This document shows, piece by piece, positions 1-8,219 of a DNA stretch of 64,000 bases. The position numbers and the translations under genes were made by a program. The stretch is from a virus (lineage: Duplodnaviria; Caudoviricetes). The DNA lies in IMG/VR virus record IMGVR_UViG_3300042010_000129, positions 247,965 through 311,964 of that record; one strand, 5' to 3'. Below the pieces are notes generated by a model. It ran no database searches and was not told the origin of the DNA. It saw only the letters and a program-made list of their open reading frames with translations. Numbering within the stretch: the first letter of the stretch is position 1; every line of letters starts with the position of its first letter.

Positions 1-791
1 TTCGAACCGATGATATCCGACCAGTAGTCGTTGGAAATGATCGCGGTGGTTGCTGGCAGGTTCCAGTCGGTTACAGCGGTGCGCAGACGACCGAGGTTTT
101 TGGTGGTCAGTTCGCCAGCGATGTATTCGATTGGGTTCATCATGCCAACGGTTGCGTCAGCAGCGATTTTCCACAGACGGTCTTCTTGAACCATCATGCT
201 TTGCAGCGCGTCGTTGTAAGCGTGTTCCAGCAGATCGCCCGAAACCTGTTCCATGTCCAGCGCGTTTACGCGAACGTTGGCGATGATTTCGAATTCGGCA
301 GGCAGGAATTGACGAGCGCGAATGTTCTGGTAGCCGACGCCAGCAGGGCCGGTGGCAACAACTGCCATCGAATCGTGCGGAGGCATTGGAACGCGTTGAA
401 CTTCGCCCTGACGCAGAGTGTTACCTTGCGAAAGTTTACGCAGGAAACCATCACGCTCGGATTGCTCGTAAACCTGTTGCGCGATGTTCGCGCCCAGTGC
501 TTGCCAGTTTTCGTCGGAAGCCATTGCTTCGCGCATGATTTCGCGACGTTGTTCGCGTTGTTCTTTGCTCGAAGCGGTGGCGATTTGTTGTTCAGGAACA
601 ACGATGCCCTTTTGCACGGCGTCCATCAGACGACCGATTTGTTGGGCGAGGTCTTTGCTGTCGGAGGCGTTGAATTCGCCAGTGGCGGAACTCAGAGCCA
701 GCGAACCACCTTTCGAATAGCGCAGTTCGTCGAGCGGGGAACCGTCACGCAGAACCATCCGTGCGCCTTGAATTTTGTTTGGGGTGAACAT
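1..791 (-). CDS. Major capsid protein, 5' part (3' end runs off the window)
   Basis: My translation from ATG at 791 (GGAG SD upstream) is open to base 1: MFTPNKIQGARMVLRDGSPLDEL...QIATASSKEQREQRREIMREAM...FLRKLSQGNTLRQGEVQRVP...PAEFEIIANVRVNALDMEQVSGDLLEHAYNDALQSMMVQEDRLW. Looks HK97-fold-like; last gene of protease-scaffold-decoration order. Absent from the ORF track because its stop is outside the window. Confidence 0.75.
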   Translation of the reverse strand, partial: MFTPNKIQGARMVLRDGSPLDELRYSKGGSLALSSATGEFNASDSKDLAQQIGRLMDAVQKGIVVPEQQIATASSKEQREQRREIMREAMASDENWQALGANIAQQVYEQSERDGFLRKLSQGNTLRQGEVQRVPMPPHDSMAVVATGPAGVGYQNIRARQFLPAEFEIIANVRVNALDMEQVSGDLLEHAYNDALQSMMVQEDRLWKIAADATVGMMNPIEYIAGELTTKNLGRLRTAVTDWNLPATTAIISNDYWSDIIGS

Positions 792-828
792 ATGTTATTT
801 CTCCAAGAATTTTTCGAACGGTTCGCGA

Positions 829-1569
829 TTAAGCGTTGGTGATTTTGACGACCAGCGGGCCGTAGGAAGCTGCGTCTTGTACTGGGGTTTGCAGAACCAG
901 AACAGTGTTCACGGTTTCGCCGGGGCCGGAAGTGGTGAACTTGCCATCAACGCCCAGTTTCGGACGCAGAGCGGTAGACCAGTCGGCAGCAGCGTCGTAG
1001 AAAGTGGTAGCGACTTGTTCAGCGCGGGTCAGGACGGCAATGCGGCCCAGTTCCGAACTCGACAGGCCACCGATTGGCGCATCACCGCGAATGGTTTTGG
1101 CTTCGGAAACGGTCGGTTCGTACATCATTTGCACGAACAATTCTTTGCCGGTATCGCCCGGAACAGCGGCAGCGCCGCCATCGACGGCAGGAGTGCCGGT
1201 GAAGAAATACAGTTTGGTGCCGACGCTTTGCACTTTGCCTTCAACAGGCGCAGCAGCGGAAATTTCCAGAGTTTCGCCGCCGACTTTAACCAGCATTTGG
1301 CCGTTCAGTGGCAGGCGACCGAGGTCAACAACGCCGCTTTCCGGAACGATGGTGTCTGCAACGATTTTCGGCAGGAACGAAGGCGGGGTATTACGGTTAA
1401 CCGAAATACCGGCGAAGATTTCGCCAACAACGCCTTGCGAAGGACGTACATAAGTACGGCCATTTACTTTCGAGAAAACGAGCGCTTGGCCGTCTTCACG
1501 CAGGTCGAGGCCGGGTTCAACGTCGCGGAATTCGGTGTTGAATGCGCGAGTGTATTTATCAACGATCAT
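829..1569 (-). CDS. Probable capsid decoration/accessory head protein (246 aa)
   Basis: Lies between scaffold and capsid genes; beta-rich, Gly/Pro-rich. Function from position only. Confidence 0.45.
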   Translation of the reverse strand: MIVDKYTRAFNTEFRDVEPGLDLREDGQALVFSKVNGRTYVRPSQGVVGEIFAGISVNRNTPPSFLPKIVADTIVPESGVVDLGRLPLNGQMLVKVGGETLEISAAAPVEGKVQSVGTKLYFFTGTPAVDGGAAAVPGDTGKELFVQMMYEPTVSEAKTIRGDAPIGGLSSSELGRIAVLTRAEQVATTFYDAAADWSTALRPKLGVDGKFTTSGPGETVNTVLVLQTPVQDAASYGPLVVKITNA

Positions 1570-1586
1570 TGGGAGTTTCTCCGTTA

Positions 1587-3515
1587 TCAGAACAGTTTCA
1601 AGCCGGTCAGCTTGGTTTTGAAATCAGTTTGCGGTTGCTGTGCCGAAGCGGTTGCGACCACGTTTTCTTGTTGCACTTGCGCTGGAGTTTGCACCGGGCG
1701 ACCGACCGAAAGCGAAGACGCGGTAGCCACGTTTTTCGGTTCGATTTGAGTCACGGCAACTGCCATCTGGTTTTGAACGACTTGTTCGAAGTTCATGATT
1801 TCGCCAGCCTTCGCCAAAATCGACGCATGGTATTCAGGCGAATGTTCGATGAACGCACGTTGCAGAAGTTCTTCAGCACCGGACAGACCAACAGCTTCCA
1901 GACTGGAAGCGAGCGCGGTCACAATCGGGTTGTTCAGGTCACGGAAATAACCGGTGTTAATACCGTGTGCAGCCGTCGCCAGAGCGGATTCGTAGCGGGT
2001 TGCGAGTTCCGATTTATCGCGTGCGGTTGCTTCAGCCAGCACGTTACCCTGTTCGGTAACTTGCGATTTGATTTGTTCCGCAACAACCTGTTCGATTTGC
2101 AGAACCGGTTTGATTTCTTCGAAACGCAGTTGTTGCAGCGCAGCAGGCACGCCCTGTTCGCTGGCAATTGCTTTGAAAGCACGGCCAATTGCTGGATCAG
2201 CAAAAGTAGCCGGATTTTCCGAAGCAGAAGCGATTGCTTTTGCGAAAGGAATACCGTTGTGGAATGCCATCCACGTAGGTTCGCCTTGGACGTTACCTAC
2301 ATAATTAACATCAACAGTATTTTCCTTCATGTCCGTAGACGCGATGGAAACGAACGATGCGGTTACTTCAACCGGGGCCACAACTTCAGGCGCAGCGGCC
2401 ACAACAGGTGCGGCGGCAGCGGCTGGTTGTTCACCTGTGTTTTCTGCGTTGTTTTCAGCATTTGCAACGGCGGCATTTTGCTCGGCCAATTGCTCAGCTT
2501 CGGTTTTCGCGCTTGCGGTAGCCATTTCAGGTTTTACCTTTTTACGAACGCCGCCTTTTTTCTTGCCTTTCGAAGCAGCGAGGCCCAAAGAAAGATCGTC
2601 GTCATCGTCTTCTTCTTCCTCTTCCTCTTCCTCTTCCTCGTCGTCTGGATCTTCTTCCTCTTCCTCTTCTTCCTCGAATTCTTCGTCGTCTTCTTCCTCT
2701 TCTTCGTCTTCGTCATCCGAAGCTTTGGCGAGGAAATCGGCGGACGCCACAGCTTTTTGCTCGGCGCTCATGTCGTCTTCCGGATCAACCAGACCCATGT
2801 TGGTCACGGGGCAGAAAATCGGAGATTGGTTGCTGGCGACGATATGCATTTCCGGGCCTTCGTCAGAAGCAGTAACCAGATAATGCACTTTCATTTTGCC
2901 GTCTTCGGTGGCAGCGGATGCCACGGCGAGTTGTGGTACATAACCTTCAACTTTTTCCGCTTCGATATTCTTGTAAATGTCGAAGTTGATTGGTTGGTTG
3001 GAAATGACCATAACGTCATCGCATTTCGCGGCAAAAGTTTCGCCTTCGCCACTTGCCAGAGCGCGGAATGCTTCAACAGCAGAAACGCGATCAGTGGCAA
3101 CTGCGAGCAGCAATTCTTTTGGTTGGTTGTTCTTTTTCAAGTCAGCGTCTTCCATTTGGGGGAGGTCGGAAGCGCAAGCCGGGCATTTATCCAACAGTTC
3201 GAGACTGTCGGTGATAACGTGTGCGCCGCAACCGCTGGAGCAGGCTTGATAGAACGCGTCCATATCCTCTTCAGTGTTCGAGGCTACGGCCACCATTTCA
3301 TGCTTTTCGTCTTCCGGAACGGCAACCATTTCTTCACCGTTCAACGGGTTCAGAAGTTGCAAATCGGATTGGGCGGTAGCAATGGCGAACGCGCCATCTT
3401 TACTTTCCAAAACGCGATAAGTACCCGAAGCGACAGCGCTGAAAAGTTCCACTGCTTGCTCTTGGTTATCAGCCATAACGACGATGCCGCGCAGGCGCGA
3501 ATTTCGTTTCGACAT
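1587..3515 (-). CDS. Probable prohead scaffold/core protein (642 aa)
   Basis: Acidic and Ala-rich; ~40-residue D/E tract; helical C-terminal part; 13 A-x-A-S motifs; GGAG SD; lies between protease and capsid genes. Confidence 0.55.
   Translation of the reverse strand: MSKRNSRLRGIVVMADNQEQAVELFSAVASGTYRVLESKDGAFAIATAQSDLQLLNPLNGEEMVAVPEDEKHEMVAVASNTEEDMDAFYQACSSGCGAHVITDSLELLDKCPACASDLPQMEDADLKKNNQPKELLLAVATDRVSAVEAFRALASGEGETFAAKCDDVMVISNQPINFDIYKNIEAEKVEGYVPQLAVASAATEDGKMKVHYLVTASDEGPEMHIVASNQSPIFCPVTNMGLVDPEDDMSAEQKAVASADFLAKASDDEDEEEEEDDEEFEEEEEEEEDPDDEEEEEEEEEEDDDDDLSLGLAASKGKKKGGVRKKVKPEMATASAKTEAEQLAEQNAAVANAENNAENTGEQPAAAAAPVVAAAPEVVAPVEVTASFVSIASTDMKENTVDVNYVGNVQGEPTWMAFHNGIPFAKAIASASENPATFADPAIGRAFKAIASEQGVPAALQQLRFEEIKPVLQIEQVVAEQIKSQVTEQGNVLAEATARDKSELATRYESALATAAHGINTGYFRDLNNPIVTALASSLEAVGLSGAEELLQRAFIEHSPEYHASILAKAGEIMNFEQVVQNQMAVAVTQIEPKNVATASSLSVGRPVQTPAQVQQENVVATASAQQPQTDFKTKLTGLKLF
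2596..2718 (-). repeat. Low-complexity (GAA/GAG/GAC)n tract encoding poly-Asp/Glu
   Basis: tcttcc/tcttcg repeats on the + strand encode DDEDEEEEEDDEEFEEEEEEEEDPDDEEEEEEEEEDDDDD. Confidence 0.9.
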
Positions 3516-3584
3516 GGTTCACTCCATTTAAGAGTTTGTGGGTTTTTATACCTCACGTTTAAAAATTACAAAGTTCAGAAAACT

Positions 3585-3947
3585 TCAGAGTAGTTTCAAC
3601 AGCAGCCCACGAACCTTACGGCAAATCGCTTGCACCGAATCGTGCGCGGTAAACCCTTCGTATTTCGTGTGTTCGCCATTAATATCCGTTTCACCCTCGT
3701 AATGCCAATTCGTTTCTTCAAGGGTGAATTGAATGCTACCCGTACCCATATCAGAAACAAAATCAACGCGAGCGCTGTGATGCGGTTTGCCGTTGCCTAC
3801 GTTATCGTACTTGATATCGCATTTAATCAGACCCTTTCGGATTTCCTGAATGTTGTGCAATTGGTGTTTCAAGCTGCGAAGATCGAAGGTTTTCGGCTGG
3901 TGCATATCAGACAATGGCGAGGCTGCTAACGCGATAAATACTTCCAT
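3585..3947 (-). CDS. Hypothetical protein, possible head-internal protein (120 aa)
   Basis: AAGGAG SD; begins MEVFIALAASP; TAATTTA motif 27 nt upstream. Confidence 0.6.
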   Translation of the reverse strand: MEVFIALAASPLSDMHQPKTFDLRSLKHQLHNIQEIRKGLIKCDIKYDNVGNGKPHHSARVDFVSDMGTGSIQFTLEETNWHYEGETDINGEHTKYEGFTAHDSVQAICRKVRGLLLKLL

Positions 3948-3973
3948 TAGCAGGCTCCTTGATGCTACATGTT

Positions 3974-3980
3974 TAAATTA
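3974..3980 (-). promoter_or_regulatory. Candidate late promoter element TAATTTA
   Basis: Same 7-mer seen in intergenic gaps upstream of several structural genes. Confidence 0.4.
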
Positions 3981-4001
3981 CCCCGAACAGAAATTTTGGA
4001 C

Positions 4002-4040
4002 AAAAAAAAGCCCATACAGGCGGGGGAACCTGTATGGGCT
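4002..4040 (-). terminator. Rho-independent terminator
   Basis: 12-bp perfect stem AGCCCATACAGG/CCTGTATGGGCT followed by an 8-nt T-run on the minus strand. Confidence 0.85.
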
Positions 4041-4108
4041 AAATGCTGTGACATAAAGAGATACAACAAGCCTACCCTCGTAGACTATTAATAAATTAGT
4101 GACGTTTT

Positions 4109-4369
4109 TCAGATGTGTTTCAATGCGTATTCAAACGATTCAATTGCCGCCAATTCATGCACGGTTACTTCGCCTTTCGAACGCCGAGGGTTTCCACACA
4201 TCACGCAGTTTGATTGCCCGCAATTGAATGCATTCCGTTTATTCCATTTGTTCGATGGTTTAATACGGCTATCACGTTGCGGGTAATGGTTCCAATCAGC
4301 TACACGTTTCTTAATCACGCGTGCATCGTGGAACCGCTGCAATTGCTTCTGTTCTTTGTTTGAAGACAT
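4109..4369 (-). CDS. Small basic Cys-motif protein (86 aa)
   Basis: C-terminal CGQSNCVMCGNPRR motif, of a type common in small phage proteins; no obvious SD. Confidence 0.6.
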   Translation of the reverse strand: MSSNKEQKQLQRFHDARVIKKRVADWNHYPQRDSRIKPSNKWNKRNAFNCGQSNCVMCGNPRRSKGEVTVHELAAIESFEYALKHI

Positions 4370-4409
4370 TCGTTTAATCTACATTCGGCCCACCCCGGAA
4401 TGGAATGGG

Positions 4410-4445
4410 CTATCGCATGTAGATCGTTTCGTTAAATGCCTGCAT
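4410..4445 (-). CDS. Candidate 11-aa mini-ORF/leader peptide MQAFNETIYMR
   Basis: GAGGAG SD 4 nt before ATG, directly after the protease stop; embedded in nested hairpins. Confidence 0.35.
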   Translation of the reverse strand: MQAFNETIYMR

Positions 4446-4456
4446 TTAACTCCTCT

Positions 4457-5275
4457 TTAAACAGCTTTCGGATCGAGAATAATATCCCCGATTGCGGAAA
4501 CGTAAGACGGATCACCGAAGCCCTGTTTGTAACCGTCTTGGCCGTGGCGACCGCCGACGTTTTCCAGCAGCGACAATTCGAAACCGGTGATATTCATGCA
4601 ACGACGATAAGCCAAACGACCATCAGTCAATTGATACGTCGGTTTGCCGGGGCGCGTATGGGAACACGGACTGCCAATCCCTTTACCGGCAATATGCCCG
4701 CAAATAGAACAGACATACGCGCTGTACATCATGCCCATGGAATACGTGTTCAATTCGCGCTTTAAAACACGCGCACAACGAACCTGATCACGCGTGCGGT
4801 CGAGTGCCGCCAGCATTACCAGTTTCTGAATGTTTTTGAACTTCGTCGGGCGCATAAACGTACCGAAAATCAGACCACGAACCCATTCAGGTTTGTGCTG
4901 GTGTTCGATATACATTGGTCGGCCTTCCCACGTTTTATAAGCCATGCGGGCGCACGGTTCATTCCACGCGGTGAATTGTTTCAGGTCTACCGAATCCCCG
5001 TTGGTATTGGGAATGCGCGTAACCATTGCAGGCACAGTGACCAGAATGTAATCGTTAATATTACGCGAAAGATTGTGATATTCCGCAGCACGTTGCAGCC
5101 ACGTATTCGCTTCCAGTGTTTCCGCTTCACCAGTGCCCGAAATAGCGGCGCTGATTGGCAATTGACCGGATTCGTTCAGGCGTGCGCCGTTGAGTTCCAC
5201 CGTGGAAATCGGCGTGCCGAGATTAAACCCGACCGCCATATTCCCAAGATCATTTCCATATTGATCAACAATCAT
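4457..5275 (-). CDS. Prohead (maturation) protease (272 aa from ATG 5275)
   Basis: His motif YIEHQH, Ser motif TYSMG, then CSICGH..CSH and GFELSL, a pattern typical of phage prohead proteases; GGAGG SD and ATGA overlap favour the 5275 start over 5311. Confidence 0.7.
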   Translation of the reverse strand: MIVDQYGNDLGNMAVGFNLGTPISTVELNGARLNESGQLPISAAISGTGEAETLEANTWLQRAAEYHNLSRNINDYILVTVPAMVTRIPNTNGDSVDLKQFTAWNEPCARMAYKTWEGRPMYIEHQHKPEWVRGLIFGTFMRPTKFKNIQKLVMLAALDRTRDQVRCARVLKRELNTYSMGMMYSAYVCSICGHIAGKGIGSPCSHTRPGKPTYQLTDGRLAYRRCMNITGFELSLLENVGGRHGQDGYKQGFGDPSYVSAIGDIILDPKAV

Positions 5276-5610
5276 TTTTTCTGGCCTCCAGTGTAATGAT
5301 CGCGCACCCACTGGCGGGCGTCTGCAATTGCCAGTTTATTTGGATTATTCAGACTCAATAATCCTTCGTCGCTTTGCGCCACATGCACGTTTGGATTTTC
5401 TTCATCCAGTTCATGGTCATGGTCGAAAGGATCGAATTGTTTGTGGTGGATTTTTGCAGTCCACATTGCGGTTTGGTGCGAACGGTTTGCGCTTTCGTCG
5501 GGCACAGCGGCAAGGGTTGCAATGCGTTTATCGCCATCGCAAACCCAAACCTTCGTGCGCTCATGCATGGGCAAATGACGTTCGTCAGGATCACTCAAAA
5601 ACGTGAGCAT
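5272..5610 (-). CDS. Hypothetical protein (112 aa)
   Basis: AGGAGG SD; coupled to the protease gene. Confidence 0.6.
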   Translation of the reverse strand: MLTFLSDPDERHLPMHERTKVWVCDGDKRIATLAAVPDESANRSHQTAMWTAKIHHKQFDPFDHDHELDEENPNVHVAQSDEGLLSLNNPNKLAIADARQWVRDHYTGGQKK

Positions 5611-5620
5611 TTATTGCCTC

Positions 5621-6826
5621 CTAAAGAACGGTACGGTAATCGAAATCACCGTCGTAACGAATGTAGAAATTGTTATCGAATTTGCCCAACGTTGCACGGC
5701 CTTTACCATTGTCGAAATGGTACGCAACCTGATCACCATCTTCGGTGGCGCTGACCATGTAACCCATGCGTTTGAAAAGCTTTTCCAGCGTCGGATAACC
5801 GCCGTCACAACTGAACGAAACGCCATCGCCTTGCGGTGTGTAATCGCGGCAATGTGCATAGCTCAGCAGGTAACGCAATTCGGCAAATTCCGGCTTCAAC
5901 GCAGATGCAGAGGCGCCTGCAAATACTTCGTCGCGTTGTTCTTGGAAATCTTTCACCGAATGGTATTTCAGCATATCCGTCACATGATCCAGAATCAGGC
6001 CGATGGTATCAGCATCAGACATTTCCGTGGATTCGTTCGGAGTAAATACCGAGGATGCAAAGGCTTGGGAATCGGCGCCATTTGCTTTACGTTCTGCACG
6101 ACGTTTCTTTTCACGCGCAGCACGCAATTCATCAATGTCATCGCGCAGGTTTTTACCGTGTTTGGAACCGGCCCACACGTTGAACAGAGTTGCACCCAAC
6201 AGCACGCCGAGGGGCGCAGCAGCCATACCAGCAGCCAACACACCAGCACCCAACAGGGCCATGGTTGCAACACCGCCCAAAACGCGGTGCATTGCGTGTT
6301 TCTGCGTGGTACTCATATCGTCCGGATGTTGTTCACCGGAAACCAAATCACGCACGGCGCCCAGCCCTTTTCCGTACATGTTAGGCAGTTTCTTTTGCTG
6401 CTGTTGCACAGCGGCCACGATATCCTTTTTGTTCTTCTGAATGTTGTCAGAAGCTTCGCGAAGGTGTTCGTCTTTTACGCTGTCGAGTGCCTGCAAAGAA
6501 CTCGGGTTAATCACCGCGACATTCGATTTGTTGAAATCGGAAATATCTTTGCGGGCTGCGATTCGCTGACGTTGCTTTTGAATTTCGTCTTCGTCTTTGA
6601 ATCGCTTGGCGCCCGTTGGCGCAGGCGCTTTCTTTTCGATGTTGTCCGGATCTTCCTTTCCGGTCATGAGGAAACGATGGCTCGAATGCGGATAGAGTTT
6701 AATGTAACGCTCTTTTCCGCTCTTCGACAGTTTCAGAAATTCACCCTTACTCAGGCGTTTCTGCCACGTTGCCATTTCCTGCACGTGCGATTCGTCCTTG
6801 AACGCCCACGCTAGAGCAATAATCAT
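5621..6826 (-). CDS. Hypothetical protein with central hydrophobic hairpin (401 aa)
   Basis: VLGGVATMALLGAGVLAAGMAAAPLGVLLGATLFNVWAG segment; starts MIIALA; AGGA SD. Confidence 0.6.
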   Translation of the reverse strand: MIIALAWAFKDESHVQEMATWQKRLSKGEFLKLSKSGKERYIKLYPHSSHRFLMTGKEDPDNIEKKAPAPTGAKRFKDEDEIQKQRQRIAARKDISDFNKSNVAVINPSSLQALDSVKDEHLREASDNIQKNKKDIVAAVQQQQKKLPNMYGKGLGAVRDLVSGEQHPDDMSTTQKHAMHRVLGGVATMALLGAGVLAAGMAAAPLGVLLGATLFNVWAGSKHGKNLRDDIDELRAAREKKRRAERKANGADSQAFASSVFTPNESTEMSDADTIGLILDHVTDMLKYHSVKDFQEQRDEVFAGASASALKPEFAELRYLLSYAHCRDYTPQGDGVSFSCDGGYPTLEKLFKRMGYMVSATEDGDQVAYHFDNGKGRATLGKFDNNFYIRYDGDFDYRTVL

Positions 6827-7898
6827 AGAAGACTTCCTGAATTCGTTGGTTCAATTTCACAACGTCAGTTGCGATATCGACCGGAATATCACCGCCCAAA
6901 TGCATGCTCAGCAAAATGTCGCGATGCTTTGCAGCGAAACGGTAATGTCCGAGTTGTTGGTAGCAGGCCATCAACATGTGATCGCACCATGTACCCGAAT
7001 AATACAGATCCTCGAAAATCATATCGTAATCTGGTTTTTCGTAATCCATCGCGCTTTTCACACACGCCACGGCATGCTCATATTTCCCATTCTGGAAATA
7101 ATACGAAGCGAGGTGACAGTACGGTTCGCGGATATTGTTGCAATGTTGAATTGCGTGACGATACCACCACTCGACTGTCTCAAAATCCTGCGACATACGC
7201 GCAATGCGCATGCAGCTATCAGCACGGAACGGCGCGAATGGCTCAAGTTCCACGTGCTGCTGGAAAAGTGGACTCGCCATAGAGAAATTACCCATCGCTT
7301 GATATTCGCGAGCGAGGTACGAAAGATTCCGTGCGTCGTTGGGGTTTTCTTCGTAGGCAAGTTTCAGCAAATCAATGTAGTGCCCCGGCGTTTTTTGTTC
7401 ACCGTAATGCACGACCATGATCGGCAGGGTAGGCTTCTGTCCAGCTTCCTGCGCGATCAATATTTCGTGTACTGGATATTGCCATGCACAGGTATTGCGA
7501 CGATGAATCGCCAGACGCGGATAGGACATTAAAATGTTCCCATGTTCGTCGTGCGAATAAACCAGCGTGTAGTTGGCCGTAGACATTTCTTCTGTGAATT
7601 GTGTTTCGATTACTTCCCGCCAATCGGGGGACAAACGTTCATCGAAATCGAGAGAAATGCAAACGTCGTAGTCATTTGGAATATAAGACATTGCCTCATT
7701 ACGGGCATGGTCGAACCGGAAAGGTTTACCGGTGTGCATCTGGTTGACTACAGCGCCGCCCGCTTCCAGCAGGCCTATTGTGGCGTCTTTGCTCCCAGTG
7801 TCCAGAACAAAGATGCCGTCTGCATCCTTCACATTTTCCAGCCAAGTTTCAATCTGGTTTTGTTCATCTTTCGCAATTGCGTACACGGCAATTTTCAT
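6747..7898 (-). CDS. Glycosyltransferase family 2 with C-terminal TPR repeats (383 aa)
   Basis: MKIAVYAIAKDE, LDTGSKD, FRFDHARNEA and DxD-like LDFDE; TPR-like helices (DARNLSYLAREY, REPYCHLASYY). Confidence 0.85.
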   Translation of the reverse strand: MKIAVYAIAKDEQNQIETWLENVKDADGIFVLDTGSKDATIGLLEAGGAVVNQMHTGKPFRFDHARNEAMSYIPNDYDVCISLDFDERLSPDWREVIETQFTEEMSTANYTLVYSHDEHGNILMSYPRLAIHRRNTCAWQYPVHEILIAQEAGQKPTLPIMVVHYGEQKTPGHYIDLLKLAYEENPNDARNLSYLAREYQAMGNFSMASPLFQQHVELEPFAPFRADSCMRIARMSQDFETVEWWYRHAIQHCNNIREPYCHLASYYFQNGKYEHAVACVKSAMDYEKPDYDMIFEDLYYSGTWCDHMLMACYQQLGHYRFAAKHRDILLSMHLGGDIPVDIATDVVKLNQRIQEVFYDYCSSVGVQGRIARAGNGNVAETPE

Positions 7899-8216
7899 TT
7901 ACTTAACTCGCTGTTGGTCGAAAGCCGAAATGCTTTCCATGATGGATTTGACAAGCCCGGTTGCGCCCTCCGCACTAGGCGGGAATTTAACGGCGTTCGG
8001 CCACTGCACACTGCGATAGTGGTTGTTCGTTTTCACGTCGGAAATGCCCCATGCATCCTGACGTTCCAGAGTCACGACCGCAAGGCCGTTTTGTTCGCCG
8101 TAAACCATCAGACTCAAGCGAGCCGGAAGGTCGGGCTTTTCGTGATGCTCCACAAGTTTTACGTCGTAGGGATATTCGCGTGTCAGCATTTGTTGCACGG
8201 TTGCTACGGTGTTCAT
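7899..8216 (-). CDS. Hypothetical protein (105 aa)
   Basis: Fills the gap between ligase and GT genes on the coding strand. Confidence 0.55.
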   Translation of the reverse strand: MNTVATVQQMLTREYPYDVKLVEHHEKPDLPARLSLMVYGEQNGLAVVTLERQDAWGISDVKTNNHYRSVQWPNAVKFPPSAEGATGLVKSIMESISAFDQQRVK

Positions 8217-8219
8217 TGG

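Noticed and set aside
266-601. 111-aa minus-strand ORF in the track
   Set aside because: Alternative frame inside the major capsid gene, which runs from 791 off the window edge.
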